Shown here: one piece after another, positions 18,103-25,728 of the stretch | Position numbering within the stretch: the first letter of the stretch is position 1 | Layout: the number at the start of each line of letters is the position of its first letter | Assembly (NCBI GenBank): GCA_001773695.1 | Contig: MEXN01000005.1 | Coordinates: forward strand, 67,687-131,686 | Source: Candidatus Amesbacteria bacterium RIFCSPLOWO2_01_FULL_48_25 | GTDB taxonomy: Bacteria > Patescibacteriota > Microgenomatia > CAZETR01 > Amesbacteraceae | Direction: 5' to 3' | DNA length: 64,000 nt | Position numbers and translations under genes: made by a program | Notes under the pieces: model-generated | What the model saw: only the letters and a program-made list of their open reading frames with translations | Told to the model about the DNA's origin: nothing | The model's database searches: none

Positions 18103-18147
18103 TAGTAATACTAGTTGACAGGGTAATACTGGGAGTATTAGTATTAC
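18103..18147 (+). promoter_or_regulatory. Promoter/operator of the VapBC-like module: TTGACA(18115)-18-TAGTAT(18139), with GTAATACT half-sites at 18105, 18124 and inverted at 18140
   Basis: Inverted repeat GTAATACTAG / TTAGTATTAC brackets the -35 and overlaps the -10. The ATG at 18151 lies 6 nt after the -10. Confidence 0.45.
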
Positions 18148-18150
18148 ATT

Positions 18151-18381
18151 ATGTATATTTCGCCGGTGACGCAGAAGGGGCAGGTGACTATTCCCGCGGG
18201 ATTGCGGGCGCAGTTTGGGGTGGAGCCTTATGGGAAAGTTAAGATCGAGCCGGGGAACGGATACATAAAAGTGTCGGCGACTGAGGATATTTTGGATCTG
18301 GCAGGAAAATGGAAAGCCCCACGGGGCAAGAACGCGTTGGCGGCCCGCCGGGCAATGGAGAAGACCTATAGGAGGTTTTAA
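18151..18381 (+). CDS. AbrB/SpoVT/MazE-family antitoxin
   Basis: KGQVTIPAGLRAQFGV...GKVKIE matches the swapped-hairpin (SpoVT/AbrB) signature. Its stop overlaps the PIN gene start. Confidence 0.7.
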   Translation: MYISPVTQKGQVTIPAGLRAQFGVEPYGKVKIEPGNGYIKVSATEDILDLAGKWKAPRGKNALAARRAMEKTYRRF

Positions 18382-18794
18382 TGAAGTATTTTCTGGATAC
18401 GAATGTCTTTTTGCGAGTGGCGGCTAGGGAAAATCAGAAAAGCTTTGAGGAGTGCAAACGGGTTTTGGAGAGGGTGAAACGGAGTGAGTTGGAAGCGGTG
18501 ACGGCGGGCCTGGTGTTGGCGGAAGTGGCTTGGACGTTGGGCTCGCATTACAAATGGGAGAAAAACCGGGTGGCGCTGGTTTTGAAAAGTATTGTTAACC
18601 TTGGAGGTTTGCGGTTTGTGAACGGTTACGGAGCGGCAGGGGCAGTAGAGCGTTTTTCGGAAAAAACGGTAAAGTTTGTGGACGCGATGATTGGCTCAAT
18701 CAGGGAGGTCGCGGATGGGGAGTGGATTGTGGTGTCGTATGACCGGGATTTTGACAAACTGGGAGTTAAAAGGGTTGAGCCGGGAGCAATATGA
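18381..18794 (+). CDS. PIN-domain toxin (VapC-like)
   Basis: The N-terminal FLDTNVFLR supplies the first acidic residue of the PIN fold, with further conserved acidic positions downstream. 137 aa. Confidence 0.75.
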   Translation: MKYFLDTNVFLRVAARENQKSFEECKRVLERVKRSELEAVTAGLVLAEVAWTLGSHYKWEKNRVALVLKSIVNLGGLRFVNGYGAAGAVERFSEKTVKFVDAMIGSIREVADGEWIVVSYDRDFDKLGVKRVEPGAI

Positions 18795-19456
18795 TTCAGG
18801 CGGTCATATTCGACTTGGATGGGACGGTTTTGGATAATGAGTCCCAATGGGAGGCCGCCTTTCGGGCGGGAGTGGACAGTTACCAGTCGACAGTTGTTCA
18901 GTTGGTGAGACAGCCAAATGGGTGGGTACATGAGCCGGGGATAGGGTTGGAGCGAAACTGGCTCAAGATTACCGAAGGGGATGTAGAGATGGCGAGGAAG
19001 TTGGCGGCGGAGACAAAAGCGAAGTATGTATCAAGCGTAGCGGATAACGGATTGGGGTTGAGGGACGGGGTGGTAGAAGTGGTGGAGAAAGTGAAAGAAA
19101 GAGGGTGGCGGACGGCTTTGGCGACCAGCTCCTTGTGGCATGTTGTGGAGCGGGAACTGGAAGAATTATCACTGCAGCTGGCGTTTGACGTGACAGTCAC
19201 CGGGGATGAGGTGCTGCTGCCTAAGCCGGATCCGGAAATATACACACTAACGGCCCAAAAATTGGGACTGGAGCCAGTGGAATGCCTGGTGATTGAGGAC
19301 GCGGTAGCGGGGGTGCGCTCGGCCGTGGAAGCGGGGTGCCCGGTCGTGGCCCTAGCGTCTGATTACGCGCCGGGTAAATTGTTGACTGCCGCGGCTGGTG
19401 AAGGAAAGATTTGGGTAGTGGAAAGTATGGAAGAAGTATTAAGCCTTGAGTTTTGA
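18791..19456 (+). CDS. HAD-superfamily hydrolase (beta-phosphoglucomutase-like)
   Basis: DxDGT motif I (VIFDLDGTVLD), a cap domain, and motif IV (IEDAVAGVRSAVEAGCPVVAL). Confidence 0.75.
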   Translation: MIQAVIFDLDGTVLDNESQWEAAFRAGVDSYQSTVVQLVRQPNGWVHEPGIGLERNWLKITEGDVEMARKLAAETKAKYVSSVADNGLGLRDGVVEVVEKVKERGWRTALATSSLWHVVERELEELSLQLAFDVTVTGDEVLLPKPDPEIYTLTAQKLGLEPVECLVIEDAVAGVRSAVEAGCPVVALASDYAPGKLLTAAAGEGKIWVVESMEEVLSLEF

Positions 19457-19876
19457 AATGGTGACAATTTCTAGTTTTTGAGAAAAATGTTCTAAACGCG
19501 AGTCGTTGGTAAGGAATGACGTACAAGCGTGTTCTTGGGCAAGGCTGAGTTGATAGCAGTCGGGGAGGGGGAAACCGTATTTTGCTTTGATGTGGGCGGC
19601 GTCGATCGCTGTTTGCATGTTGGGCTCGACCACTTTGAGGCTAGTGAGATTAGTAAATAAATTTAAGTATTTTTCGATTAAAGATTTGTTTTCCTGTTTC
19701 ATGGGATTTACCAGAACTTCTGTAACTGTAATGATTGAGGTAATAGACTGAAGCTGGTTTTGGAATATTTGATTAAATATTGGAGATATTTTGGGTGAAA
19801 AATCTGGATGGTTTTCGATCAAATAGATGAGCGCGTTCGTGTCTAGAAATATTTTGGGCGTCATGATTTTGACCAT
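19439..19876 (-). CDS. PIN-domain toxin (VapC-like)
   Basis: KIFLDTNALIYL near the N-terminus. The start is more likely MTPKIF (19864) than 19876. Confidence 0.7.
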   Translation of the reverse strand: MVKIMTPKIFLDTNALIYLIENHPDFSPKISPIFNQIFQNQLQSITSIITVTEVLVNPMKQENKSLIEKYLNLFTNLTSLKVVEPNMQTAIDAAHIKAKYGFPLPDCYQLSLAQEHACTSFLTNDSRLEHFSQKLEIVTISKLKA

Positions 19877-20100
19877 TCGTTTCTGAGGCTTTTGATGTAT
19901 TCATCTGAATTGCCGTATACACCAGTGCCTGAACCACGTAGATATGACATCCAGTCTTTGGGGGCGAGTTTGAGGCGGACTGCGTCTGGAGAGATTTCCC
20001 ACAGTAAATCGTCGCCCGGTTTGGCTCCGAGGGCTTTGCGGACTGGAGAGGGAATAAGGCGGTTGACTTTGGATTTTGTGTATTGCGGTAGGGTGTACAT
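19861..20100 (-). CDS. AbrB/SpoVT-family antitoxin (79 aa, start MYTLPQY)
   Basis: RLIPSPVRKALGAKPGDDLLWEI is the AbrB-type DNA-binding signature. The longer 128-aa ORF in the track extends through the operator and has a Cys-rich, unlikely N-terminus. Confidence 0.6.
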   Translation of the reverse strand: MYTLPQYTKSKVNRLIPSPVRKALGAKPGDDLLWEISPDAVRLKLAPKDWMSYLRGSGTGVYGNSDEYIKSLRNEWSKS

Positions 20101-20148
20101 GCTATCATAATAAACTCTTGATAGCATATTTGTCAAATGGTAGCATAG
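20099..20148 (-). promoter_or_regulatory. Minus-strand promoter/operator of the second VapBC-like module: TTGACA (20136-20131), TATTAT (20112-20107), inverted repeat ATGCTATCA..TGATAGCAT (20099-20107 / 20119-20127), third TAGCAT at 20141-20146
   Basis: The palindrome overlaps the -10, and the start codon (20100) lies 6 nt downstream of it. Confidence 0.45.
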
Positions 20149-20214
20149 GGCAAAAGCTTTTATGGCCATGCGGTTTATCTTATTGGTGCATAGTGGAGGA
20201 TATAAATAAATGCA

Positions 20215-20251
20215 TTGACATACTAAACATACTATGATATGTTTCATACTA
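20215..20251 (+). promoter_or_regulatory. Promoter (TTGACA 20215-20220, TATGTT 20238-20243) with three direct CATACTA repeats (20219, 20228, 20245) before the RHH antitoxin gene
   Basis: The repeats span the spacer and the start region. Confidence 0.4.
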
Positions 20252-20529
20252 TGCAGACAGTTACGACTAATTTAAGGATAGACGAGGAAGTTTACCGCCG
20301 AAATAGACTTATTGCGGTTGAGGAGGGGATGAGCTTTAACGAATATGTTAACCAGATATTGAGAGAAGAGCCGACCAGGAGGTATTTGGCATCCGCGAAA
20401 AAGACCAAAAAGTCGAAGACGGGAGAGGATTTTTATGAAGCTTTTGAAAAATTTATAGATGATCCGTACGAGCGAAAGCCGATGGGGTTATCCGAGGAGG
20501 ATAAGATCATTTACGGAGATAATGAATAA
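20251..20529 (+). CDS. Ribbon-helix-helix (CopG/Arc-like) antitoxin
   Basis: TTNLRIDEEVYRRNRLIAVEEGMSFNEYVNQILRE matches the RHH beta-strand plus two helices. The ATG at 20251 (MQTVTT) is preferred over 20239 because of the promoter position. Confidence 0.55.
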   Translation: MQTVTTNLRIDEEVYRRNRLIAVEEGMSFNEYVNQILREEPTRRYLASAKKTKKSKTGEDFYEAFEKFIDDPYERKPMGLSEEDKIIYGDNE

Positions 20530-20929
20530 AATCTTTTTGGATACGGGGTGGTTTAAGGCCGAGTTGGACGAGCGGGATGGTCATCACCTCCGGGCAAAAA
20601 ATATTTTCAGAAGAATTAAAAAAGAGAGGCTAGTGATGGTCACGACCAACTTTGTCCTCGATGAATCTTTTACTTTAATTAAAGATAAATGTGGTGTATT
20701 TAGGGCAAAAAGATTATTTGGGTTTTTGACCAAGTTTCCGGAAAAATTCGGAATCGAAAGGGTGACTTTGGAAGATGAAAGGAGAGTGTGGGATTGGTTT
20801 TGGCATGACTGGCGGGAGTTATCGTACACCGATTGTACCAGTTTTGCTGTTATGGAAAGGTTGGGCATAGAAAAGGTGGCGACTTTTGATGAGCATTTTG
20901 AAACGGCTGGATTTGAAGTGGTGAAGTGA
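20522..20929 (+). CDS. PIN-domain toxin (VapC-like)
   Basis: Starts MNKIFLDTGWF with the conserved acidic residues. It overlaps the antitoxin's 3' end. Confidence 0.7.
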   Translation: MNKIFLDTGWFKAELDERDGHHLRAKNIFRRIKKERLVMVTTNFVLDESFTLIKDKCGVFRAKRLFGFLTKFPEKFGIERVTLEDERRVWDWFWHDWRELSYTDCTSFAVMERLGIEKVATFDEHFETAGFEVVK

Positions 20930-20977
20930 TTGGGGATGTGGTGGAGGGGATGGAGGAAGTGAAAGGGTTGATGGAAG

Positions 20978-20986
20978 TGGTATAAT
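20978..20986 (+). promoter_or_regulatory. Extended -10 promoter TGGTATAAT, 9 nt upstream of the ATG at 20996
   Basis: TGnTATAAT with no good -35. The same TGGTATAAT..GTATG arrangement recurs at 23942-23959. Confidence 0.45.
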
Positions 20987-20995
20987 TTAGTTTGT

Positions 20996-21232
20996 ATGAC
21001 AAAGACGGGTGAGATTGCGAAGGTCGCTAAAGCCATTGCTAGCAGGATGGCTGAAAAACGTGATTCTAGGCTCTTCAGTGAGGAGCCGACTACGGGGGCT
21101 GATCCTAGGGAGGCTGGGTGGATTGAGACTGGGGAGACGGATGGTAAGGGAAGGAAAATACTTGTCAATAAGGATTTACCAGGGAGCAAGATGTATGAAG
21201 CGGGTGACAACTTTGAAGTGGTTGACGATTAA
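20996..21232 (+). CDS. Hypothetical protein (78 aa), first gene of the unknown-function operon
   Basis: Helical N-terminus, acidic C-terminus, no motif recognised. Confidence 0.45.
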   Translation: MTKTGEIAKVAKAIASRMAEKRDSRLFSEEPTTGADPREAGWIETGETDGKGRKILVNKDLPGSKMYEAGDNFEVVDD

Positions 21233-21288
21233 CTTGGGCGGTGAGATCTAGTGTGGGGATATTGGAAGAAATTTGGTAAGATTGGGGT

Positions 21289-22044
21289 ATGCCACCGGCG
21301 GCGCCAGCGAGTCCCGATATTGGTGCGAGGACAAGGTCTTTGGCTGAATTGACTAGACCACAAAAACCTGAGAATCTTGTCCAGGGTTTGTTTGGGAAGG
21401 GTGCAGTTGTTGGGGAGGACTTGGCTCAACGAGCTGAGATGGCGAGGTTAAGACAGGATGCGGCGGCGCTTGCGAGTGCAGAGCAGAAAATGATTACTGG
21501 TCAAGGGGGGTTGACGCCGAGAGAGAGCGAAGTGTTGACCGATTTCAAGTTGCGTAGTTTAGGGGTGGGGGAGAAAAAGGGAAACTCTGAAAAAAAAGCC
21601 ATGTCATTGGCTGTAGAGAAAGCAGAAACTAGAGAAAAATGGGATTTGGGGGTAGGGGCCATGAAGGTTGATACGTTAACTGGATCTCCTGAGTTGATAG
21701 TCGATCAGCGCGATGAAACGGTAGATGGCAAAACGACGATGGTGCCTCGGGTGGTAATGCTCCCTGTAGGCTCGACTCACAAATCTTTGGAAAGGCTTTG
21801 GGTTGATGATGGAAAGGGAGGAAGAAGGTATTTTAAGGCGGTTTCTGGACGGGAGGCTCAGGAAGCGGAGAGGAGAGTGGGAGAGATGATAGAAAAACTC
21901 AACAAAGACTCTCTGATTCCTGTGTATAAGGCTTCGAAAAGGATTTATTACCACGAGCTTACTGAAAAAGAGGTGCGGGTTGAGGACACAAGCAGATTTG
22001 TGGATGCTGGGAAGTATAGAAATCCTGTAGACAATAAAAAATAA
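21289..22044 (+). CDS. Hypothetical protein (251 aa)
   Basis: No TM helix and no recognised motif. Its stop abuts the next start. Confidence 0.45.
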   Translation: MPPAAPASPDIGARTRSLAELTRPQKPENLVQGLFGKGAVVGEDLAQRAEMARLRQDAAALASAEQKMITGQGGLTPRESEVLTDFKLRSLGVGEKKGNSEKKAMSLAVEKAETREKWDLGVGAMKVDTLTGSPELIVDQRDETVDGKTTMVPRVVMLPVGSTHKSLERLWVDDGKGGRRYFKAVSGREAQEAERRVGEMIEKLNKDSLIPVYKASKRIYYHELTEKEVRVEDTSRFVDAGKYRNPVDNKK

Positions 22045-22389
22045 GTGTGGTTTAATGGGGTGATGTTTGATGGGGTGTTGGATAAAGCGGGGTTTGTGGC
22101 TAGATTGAAGGAGTTGGGGTATTCGGACGAGGAGATTTCTTCTGAGTGGAAGAAGCTGGAAGACGAATTTTATCGGCAGGTATTAGTGGCTGTCTACGAT
22201 GGCCTTTCGGGTGAAGAAAAAGGCCGGTTGTCTCCGGATGGGGACTTTGGTGAGGCTATAGATAAGGTAGTGGCTTATGTTAAGGAGAACTTGTCCAAGC
22301 TGGACGGCAACGGGATTATTAAATCTGCTGCAATGCGGGCCCAGGAAAATTATTTGAAGGGATTTAAGGTTGAGGAGGGGATTTCGTGA
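22045..22389 (+). CDS. Hypothetical small protein (114 aa), paralog of the 23311-23679 product
   Basis: FVARLKELGYSDEEISSEWKKLEDEFYRQVLVAVYDGL aligns with FVRQLKEKGVSDEIITAEWEKIYKLFCLSYVMQVYDRL of the downstream ORF. Confidence 0.5.
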   Translation: MWFNGVMFDGVLDKAGFVARLKELGYSDEEISSEWKKLEDEFYRQVLVAVYDGLSGEEKGRLSPDGDFGEAIDKVVAYVKENLSKLDGNGIIKSAAMRAQENYLKGFKVEEGIS

Positions 22390-23339
22390 CGACTTTGACG
22401 AGTGGAGAAACAACTGTGGGGGCGCAGAATTTGGGAAGGGAATCTCTTGTGAGTTGGAAGGGGAGTGTTGGGGGAGCGTTTGAACTGATAAAAAATGGTG
22501 GACTTATTGTTCTGGGTGCGAGAATGGGAGTTGAGTTGGCAGGGCAATTGCCTCCCGAGGCCTGGAATTTACTTAGTACGTATGCTCAGCATTTTACAGG
22601 CGCCGGGAGAGAATCGGCGGAGGTGATGGTAGCGGGTGGAGTGGTGGTAGGATCGGCTCTGGCGGTTCCGGCAGTGGAGTGGGCGGTTGAATCGTTGGCT
22701 GGGCTCAGGAGACGGAAAGAGAAAAAATTTGAGCTGGATGTAAGAGGGGGAGTGAGCGAGAAGAGCAGGGGTGTTTATCATATGGCCATGGCTGAGTTAC
22801 CGAAGAATTTGTCTGCGGAGGAGATCCAAAAGGCCGTTCCAAGGACGATAGTTGAGTATTTGGCGGCTCGGGGAGTTGAGGGGGGTTTGTCTGGGGATAA
22901 ATTGGATAAAGGGGTTGAGGCGGTTGCTCAGGCGATGAGAGTCATTGAAGGAGATCCAGCTTTGAAAAAAGAGCTTAATGCGAAATATTCGATGCCGGGC
23001 AGGGAACCAAACCCGGTAGGTCAGGATTTGACAGAAAGGGAGAAGGTTTACTTGGGGGGGAGAATGTTTCAGCAGGCGGCATTGGAGAACCATGTGGATG
23101 GTGAGAGAGTGTCGGATAACTTGAAATTGTTGGGTTTGGACGGAAACAGGACAACGTATTTGGATGCAGTGGTTGGTGCGGTGGTGGGGAGTGAGCCAGT
23201 AATGAAATCGAGCCCAGTTGTTAAAAGGTTGGCAGAGTTGATAAGGGGGGGCGAGGATGGGGGAAAGGTATACGACGAGGCAGTAAATGGAATTAGAGGT
23301 TTGATGGGGGGTGTTGGAGGTCGGGGGAGAAATGGATAG
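22386..23339 (+). CDS. Hypothetical Gly/Ala-rich protein (317 aa)
   Basis: Overlaps both neighbouring ORFs by 4-29 bp. One hydrophobic stretch (GGVVVGSALAVPAVEWAV). Confidence 0.45.
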   Translation: MTTLTSGETTVGAQNLGRESLVSWKGSVGGAFELIKNGGLIVLGARMGVELAGQLPPEAWNLLSTYAQHFTGAGRESAEVMVAGGVVVGSALAVPAVEWAVESLAGLRRRKEKKFELDVRGGVSEKSRGVYHMAMAELPKNLSAEEIQKAVPRTIVEYLAARGVEGGLSGDKLDKGVEAVAQAMRVIEGDPALKKELNAKYSMPGREPNPVGQDLTEREKVYLGGRMFQQAALENHVDGERVSDNLKLLGLDGNRTTYLDAVVGAVVGSEPVMKSSPVVKRLAELIRGGEDGGKVYDEAVNGIRGLMGGVGGRGRNG

Positions 23340-23679
23340 CGCGAATTTGTATGATAGGATTTTGGGGAAGGAGGAGTTTGTAAGGCAACTAAAAGAGAAA
23401 GGTGTTTCGGATGAGATTATTACTGCGGAGTGGGAGAAAATCTATAAGTTGTTTTGTTTATCGTATGTCATGCAAGTTTATGACAGACTACCGATGAGCT
23501 TGCAGAAAGAGGCGGAGATGGGTCTGGACATAACTAAGGCCGAAGGCGCGACTGAGTTTCTACAAAGAGTTTCCAAGCATACGAAAGAGTTTGGTGGTAA
23601 AATGGACGTGGCAGATTTAGTTAAGGAGGCTGCCAACGAGGCATACAAGATGTATGTTGAACTAGAGGAGAAAAAATGA
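23311..23679 (+). CDS. Hypothetical small protein (122 aa), paralog of the 22045-22389 product
   Basis: See the paralog entry at 22045-22389. Confidence 0.5.
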   Translation: MLEVGGEMDSANLYDRILGKEEFVRQLKEKGVSDEIITAEWEKIYKLFCLSYVMQVYDRLPMSLQKEAEMGLDITKAEGATEFLQRVSKHTKEFGGKMDVADLVKEAANEAYKMYVELEEKK

Positions 23680-23924
23680 ATATTGATGCTAGTATGGCTG
23701 AAAAAACAGGTCATTCGCCGGAGAATCCTTTGGCTAAAGGAAAGAGAATATTTTTGGGGGCGCTGGCTCTGGCTAACACCGCAGTGGCTGGAGTAGGGAT
23801 TGGAGTGCTGGCAATGGGTGAGTTGGGTCATTCTGCGGCCCTAGCGGGGGCTGAAGGATTGGTGGGCGGTGTGTTATTCGCTGCAGTTGTGAACAAAGTG
23901 GTTAATAAGGCATTCGGGTATTGA
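23676..23924 (+). CDS. Hypothetical glycine-zipper membrane peptide (82 aa)
   Basis: GALALANTAVAGVGIGVLAMGELGHSAALAGAEGLVGGVLFAAVV contains repeated GxxxG/AxxxG motifs. Last gene of the operon. Confidence 0.45.
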   Translation: MNIDASMAEKTGHSPENPLAKGKRIFLGALALANTAVAGVGIGVLAMGELGHSAALAGAEGLVGGVLFAAVVNKVVNKAFGY

Positions 23925-23956
23925 TCGGTGTTGGCATTTTGTGGTATAATGAATGT

Positions 23957-24070
23957 ATGTTGAAAGAGTTGGCTCAAAAGCTAACGATTATTCGAGAGGC
24001 TCGGGAGGCTGCATTAGCGGCAGCGAGAGAGGCTGATCAGCAAGAGCGGTTAGGGCCGCTTTATGGGTGA
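23957..24070 (+). CDS. Hypothetical 37-aa helical peptide on a leaderless transcript
   Basis: MLKELAQKLTIIREAREAALAAAREADQQERLGPLYG. Preceded by TGGTATAAT (23942-23950), which places the ATG at the predicted transcription start. Too short for the ORF track. Confidence 0.25.
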   Translation: MLKELAQKLTIIREAREAALAAAREADQQERLGPLYG

Positions 24071-24148
24071 TAGGGGGGGACACAAACGTTGAAATTGAAG
24101 GTTGGAAGCCGTCTCCTAAAGTCGGTTCTGAGACTCAAGACAAGGGAA

Positions 24149-24508
24149 CTACTGGATCGTAAGGGGAATGGAGATGAGGTCGGTGGGAGAGCCGAGAGTG
24201 AGGGAAATGGTGTCACCTGGCTGGACGGACGAGGAGAGGTCGATAATTTGGGTGAAATTGGAGTCGGAAACGGTAGTTGAATAAATCTCGCGGTTGGATG
24301 AATCGGTAATGATCAGGGGTGCGGGTGGGGATTTGATGAAGCCGGTGACGGTGAAAAGGCTTGGGATTCTTTGGCCGGAGCGGGGGGAGGTGACGATGAT
24401 GTTGGGAAGGGGAAGGCTGGGGAAGCGGGTGAAGAATTGGGGCTGGTATTTGAAGGTGAGGAAGGCGGCGATGGCCACTCCCAAGATGACCAGAAGCGCG
24501 ACTTTCAT
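24149..24508 (-). CDS. Hypothetical secreted / membrane-anchored protein
   Basis: N-terminal hydrophobic helix followed by a Ser/Thr-rich beta-type sequence. Confidence 0.45.
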   Translation of the reverse strand: MKVALLVILGVAIAAFLTFKYQPQFFTRFPSLPLPNIIVTSPRSGQRIPSLFTVTGFIKSPPAPLIITDSSNREIYSTTVSDSNFTQIIDLSSSVQPGDTISLTLGSPTDLISIPLTIQ

Positions 24509-24522
24509 GTTAATATATTAGC

Positions 24523-25527
24523 ATGCCTAACCTGTGGCTGGTGTTTACAACTGGGCTTTTGGCTGGGGGAGTGACATGTATGGCAGTTCAGGGAGGTCTT
24601 CTCGCCACTGCAGTGGCGGCAAATCCCAATCCTCAAGCCACAAACCCCAATAAAATCTTGGGGACGATTAGTTTTTTAATCAGCAAGCTAGTTGCTTACA
24701 CGATACTGGGGTTGATACTCGGGTGGTTGGGAAGTAAGTTGCAGTTTTCGCCGCAATTTTTCGGGTGGCTGCAAGCAATTGTCGCTGTATATATGCTGGG
24801 GGTGGGACTATCTATGCTTGGTGTCCACCCAATTTTTCGATATTTCGTGATCCAGCCGCCTAGATTTTTGACGCGGATGGTAAGAAATCAGGCTAAAGCC
24901 GGAACGGTTTTTGCCCCGGCTGTACTAGGAGCCATGACGGTTTTTATCCCCTGCGGCACAACACAGGCGATGATGGCACTAGCCGTCGCCTCGGGTAATC
25001 CGGTATGGGGGGCCGCTATTTTGGGGACATTTGTATTGGGAACTAGCCCACTGTTTATGGGTTTGGGGATGGCAATGAGCAAGTTGGGGGACATGTTTCG
25101 GGAGAGATTTTTGCGATATGCAGCGTGGGTTGTCGTTGGAATGGCAGTGTGGGGTGGGAATTCGGCGGCTGTCGTATTGGGTAGTCCGGTGACGATTCAA
25201 GGAGTGCTGGCGCGGGCGGAGTGTGCCATTAGCTATTGTGAGGGACAAGTGGCGGGAATGGTGTCTGATCGGGTGACGGTGGAGATTAATAAAAGCGGAT
25301 ACAGCGTGTCTAATTCGGTGCGGGCTGGAGATGAGGTTAAAATGACATTGGTAAATACTGATGGGCGGGGATGCCAGCAAGCGGTAACTATCCCGTCTTT
25401 GGGAATATCCAAAATTGTGCGGCCGGGGCAGAGCCAGGAAATTAGCTTTAAAGCCCCTCAGAAACCTGGGGAGCTGTTGATTGCTTGCGCTATGGGAATG
25501 TATACCGGAAGCATTAAGATAATATGA
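24523..25527 (+). CDS. Polytopic membrane protein with conserved TM cysteines and a C-terminal cupredoxin-like domain; probable copper/heavy-metal handling
   Basis: At least 6 TM helices with Cys in TM1 (GGVTCMAV) and in a later TM (VFIPCGTTQ), similar to DsbD_2/CcdA-type proteins. The C-terminal roughly 100 aa is beta-rich with C..C..M ligand-like residues. Followed by copZ. Confidence 0.45.
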   Translation: MPNLWLVFTTGLLAGGVTCMAVQGGLLATAVAANPNPQATNPNKILGTISFLISKLVAYTILGLILGWLGSKLQFSPQFFGWLQAIVAVYMLGVGLSMLGVHPIFRYFVIQPPRFLTRMVRNQAKAGTVFAPAVLGAMTVFIPCGTTQAMMALAVASGNPVWGAAILGTFVLGTSPLFMGLGMAMSKLGDMFRERFLRYAAWVVVGMAVWGGNSAAVVLGSPVTIQGVLARAECAISYCEGQVAGMVSDRVTVEINKSGYSVSNSVRAGDEVKMTLVNTDGRGCQQAVTIPSLGISKIVRPGQSQEISFKAPQKPGELLIACAMGMYTGSIKII

Positions 25528-25727
25528 CAAAAAAAATCTATAAATTGTCGGGGATGCATTGCACTAGTTGCGCTATGGTGATCGAGGGAGAACTAGAAGA
25601 TCAGCTAGGGGTGAGAGCCGCGTGCGATTGGATCAAGCAGATAGTGGAGGTAGAGGGAGAGGTGGATGACAAGAAAATTCGCCAGATAATTGAGGCGCAG
25701 GGATACAGGGTGGTGGGAGAAGGCTGA
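25524..25727 (+). CDS. copZ: Heavy-metal-associated (HMA) copper chaperone
   Basis: GMHCTSC (GMxCxxC metal-binding loop) in a 67-aa ferredoxin-like protein. Confidence 0.75.
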   Translation: MTKKIYKLSGMHCTSCAMVIEGELEDQLGVRAACDWIKQIVEVEGEVDDKKIRQIIEAQGYRVVGEG

Positions 25728-25728
25728 G

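Noticed and set aside
18136-18160. dif-like sequence CATTATGTATATTT resembling the XerCD dif core
   Set aside because: It coincides with the -10 and start codon of the antitoxin gene and lacks the flanking XerC/XerD arm symmetry. Probably a chance match.
19892-20110. 72-aa + strand ORF
   Set aside because: Lies entirely within and antisense to the AbrB-type antitoxin gene and its operator.
20584-21210. 208-aa minus-strand ORF spanning a PIN gene and the 20996 gene
   Set aside because: Antisense to two supported + strand genes. Ser/Leu/Pro-rich low complexity.
24089-24280. 63-aa + strand ORF
   Set aside because: Antisense to the 24149-24508 secreted-protein gene. Gly-rich low complexity.
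24979-25530. 183-aa minus-strand ORF inside the copper membrane-protein gene
   Set aside because: Antisense. The same fate applies to other long antisense ORFs at 27224-27760, 37820-38380, 6052-6633, 51695-52156, 53481-53963, 54938-55420, 40148-40543, 44866-45423, 45083-45526 and 49895-50866.
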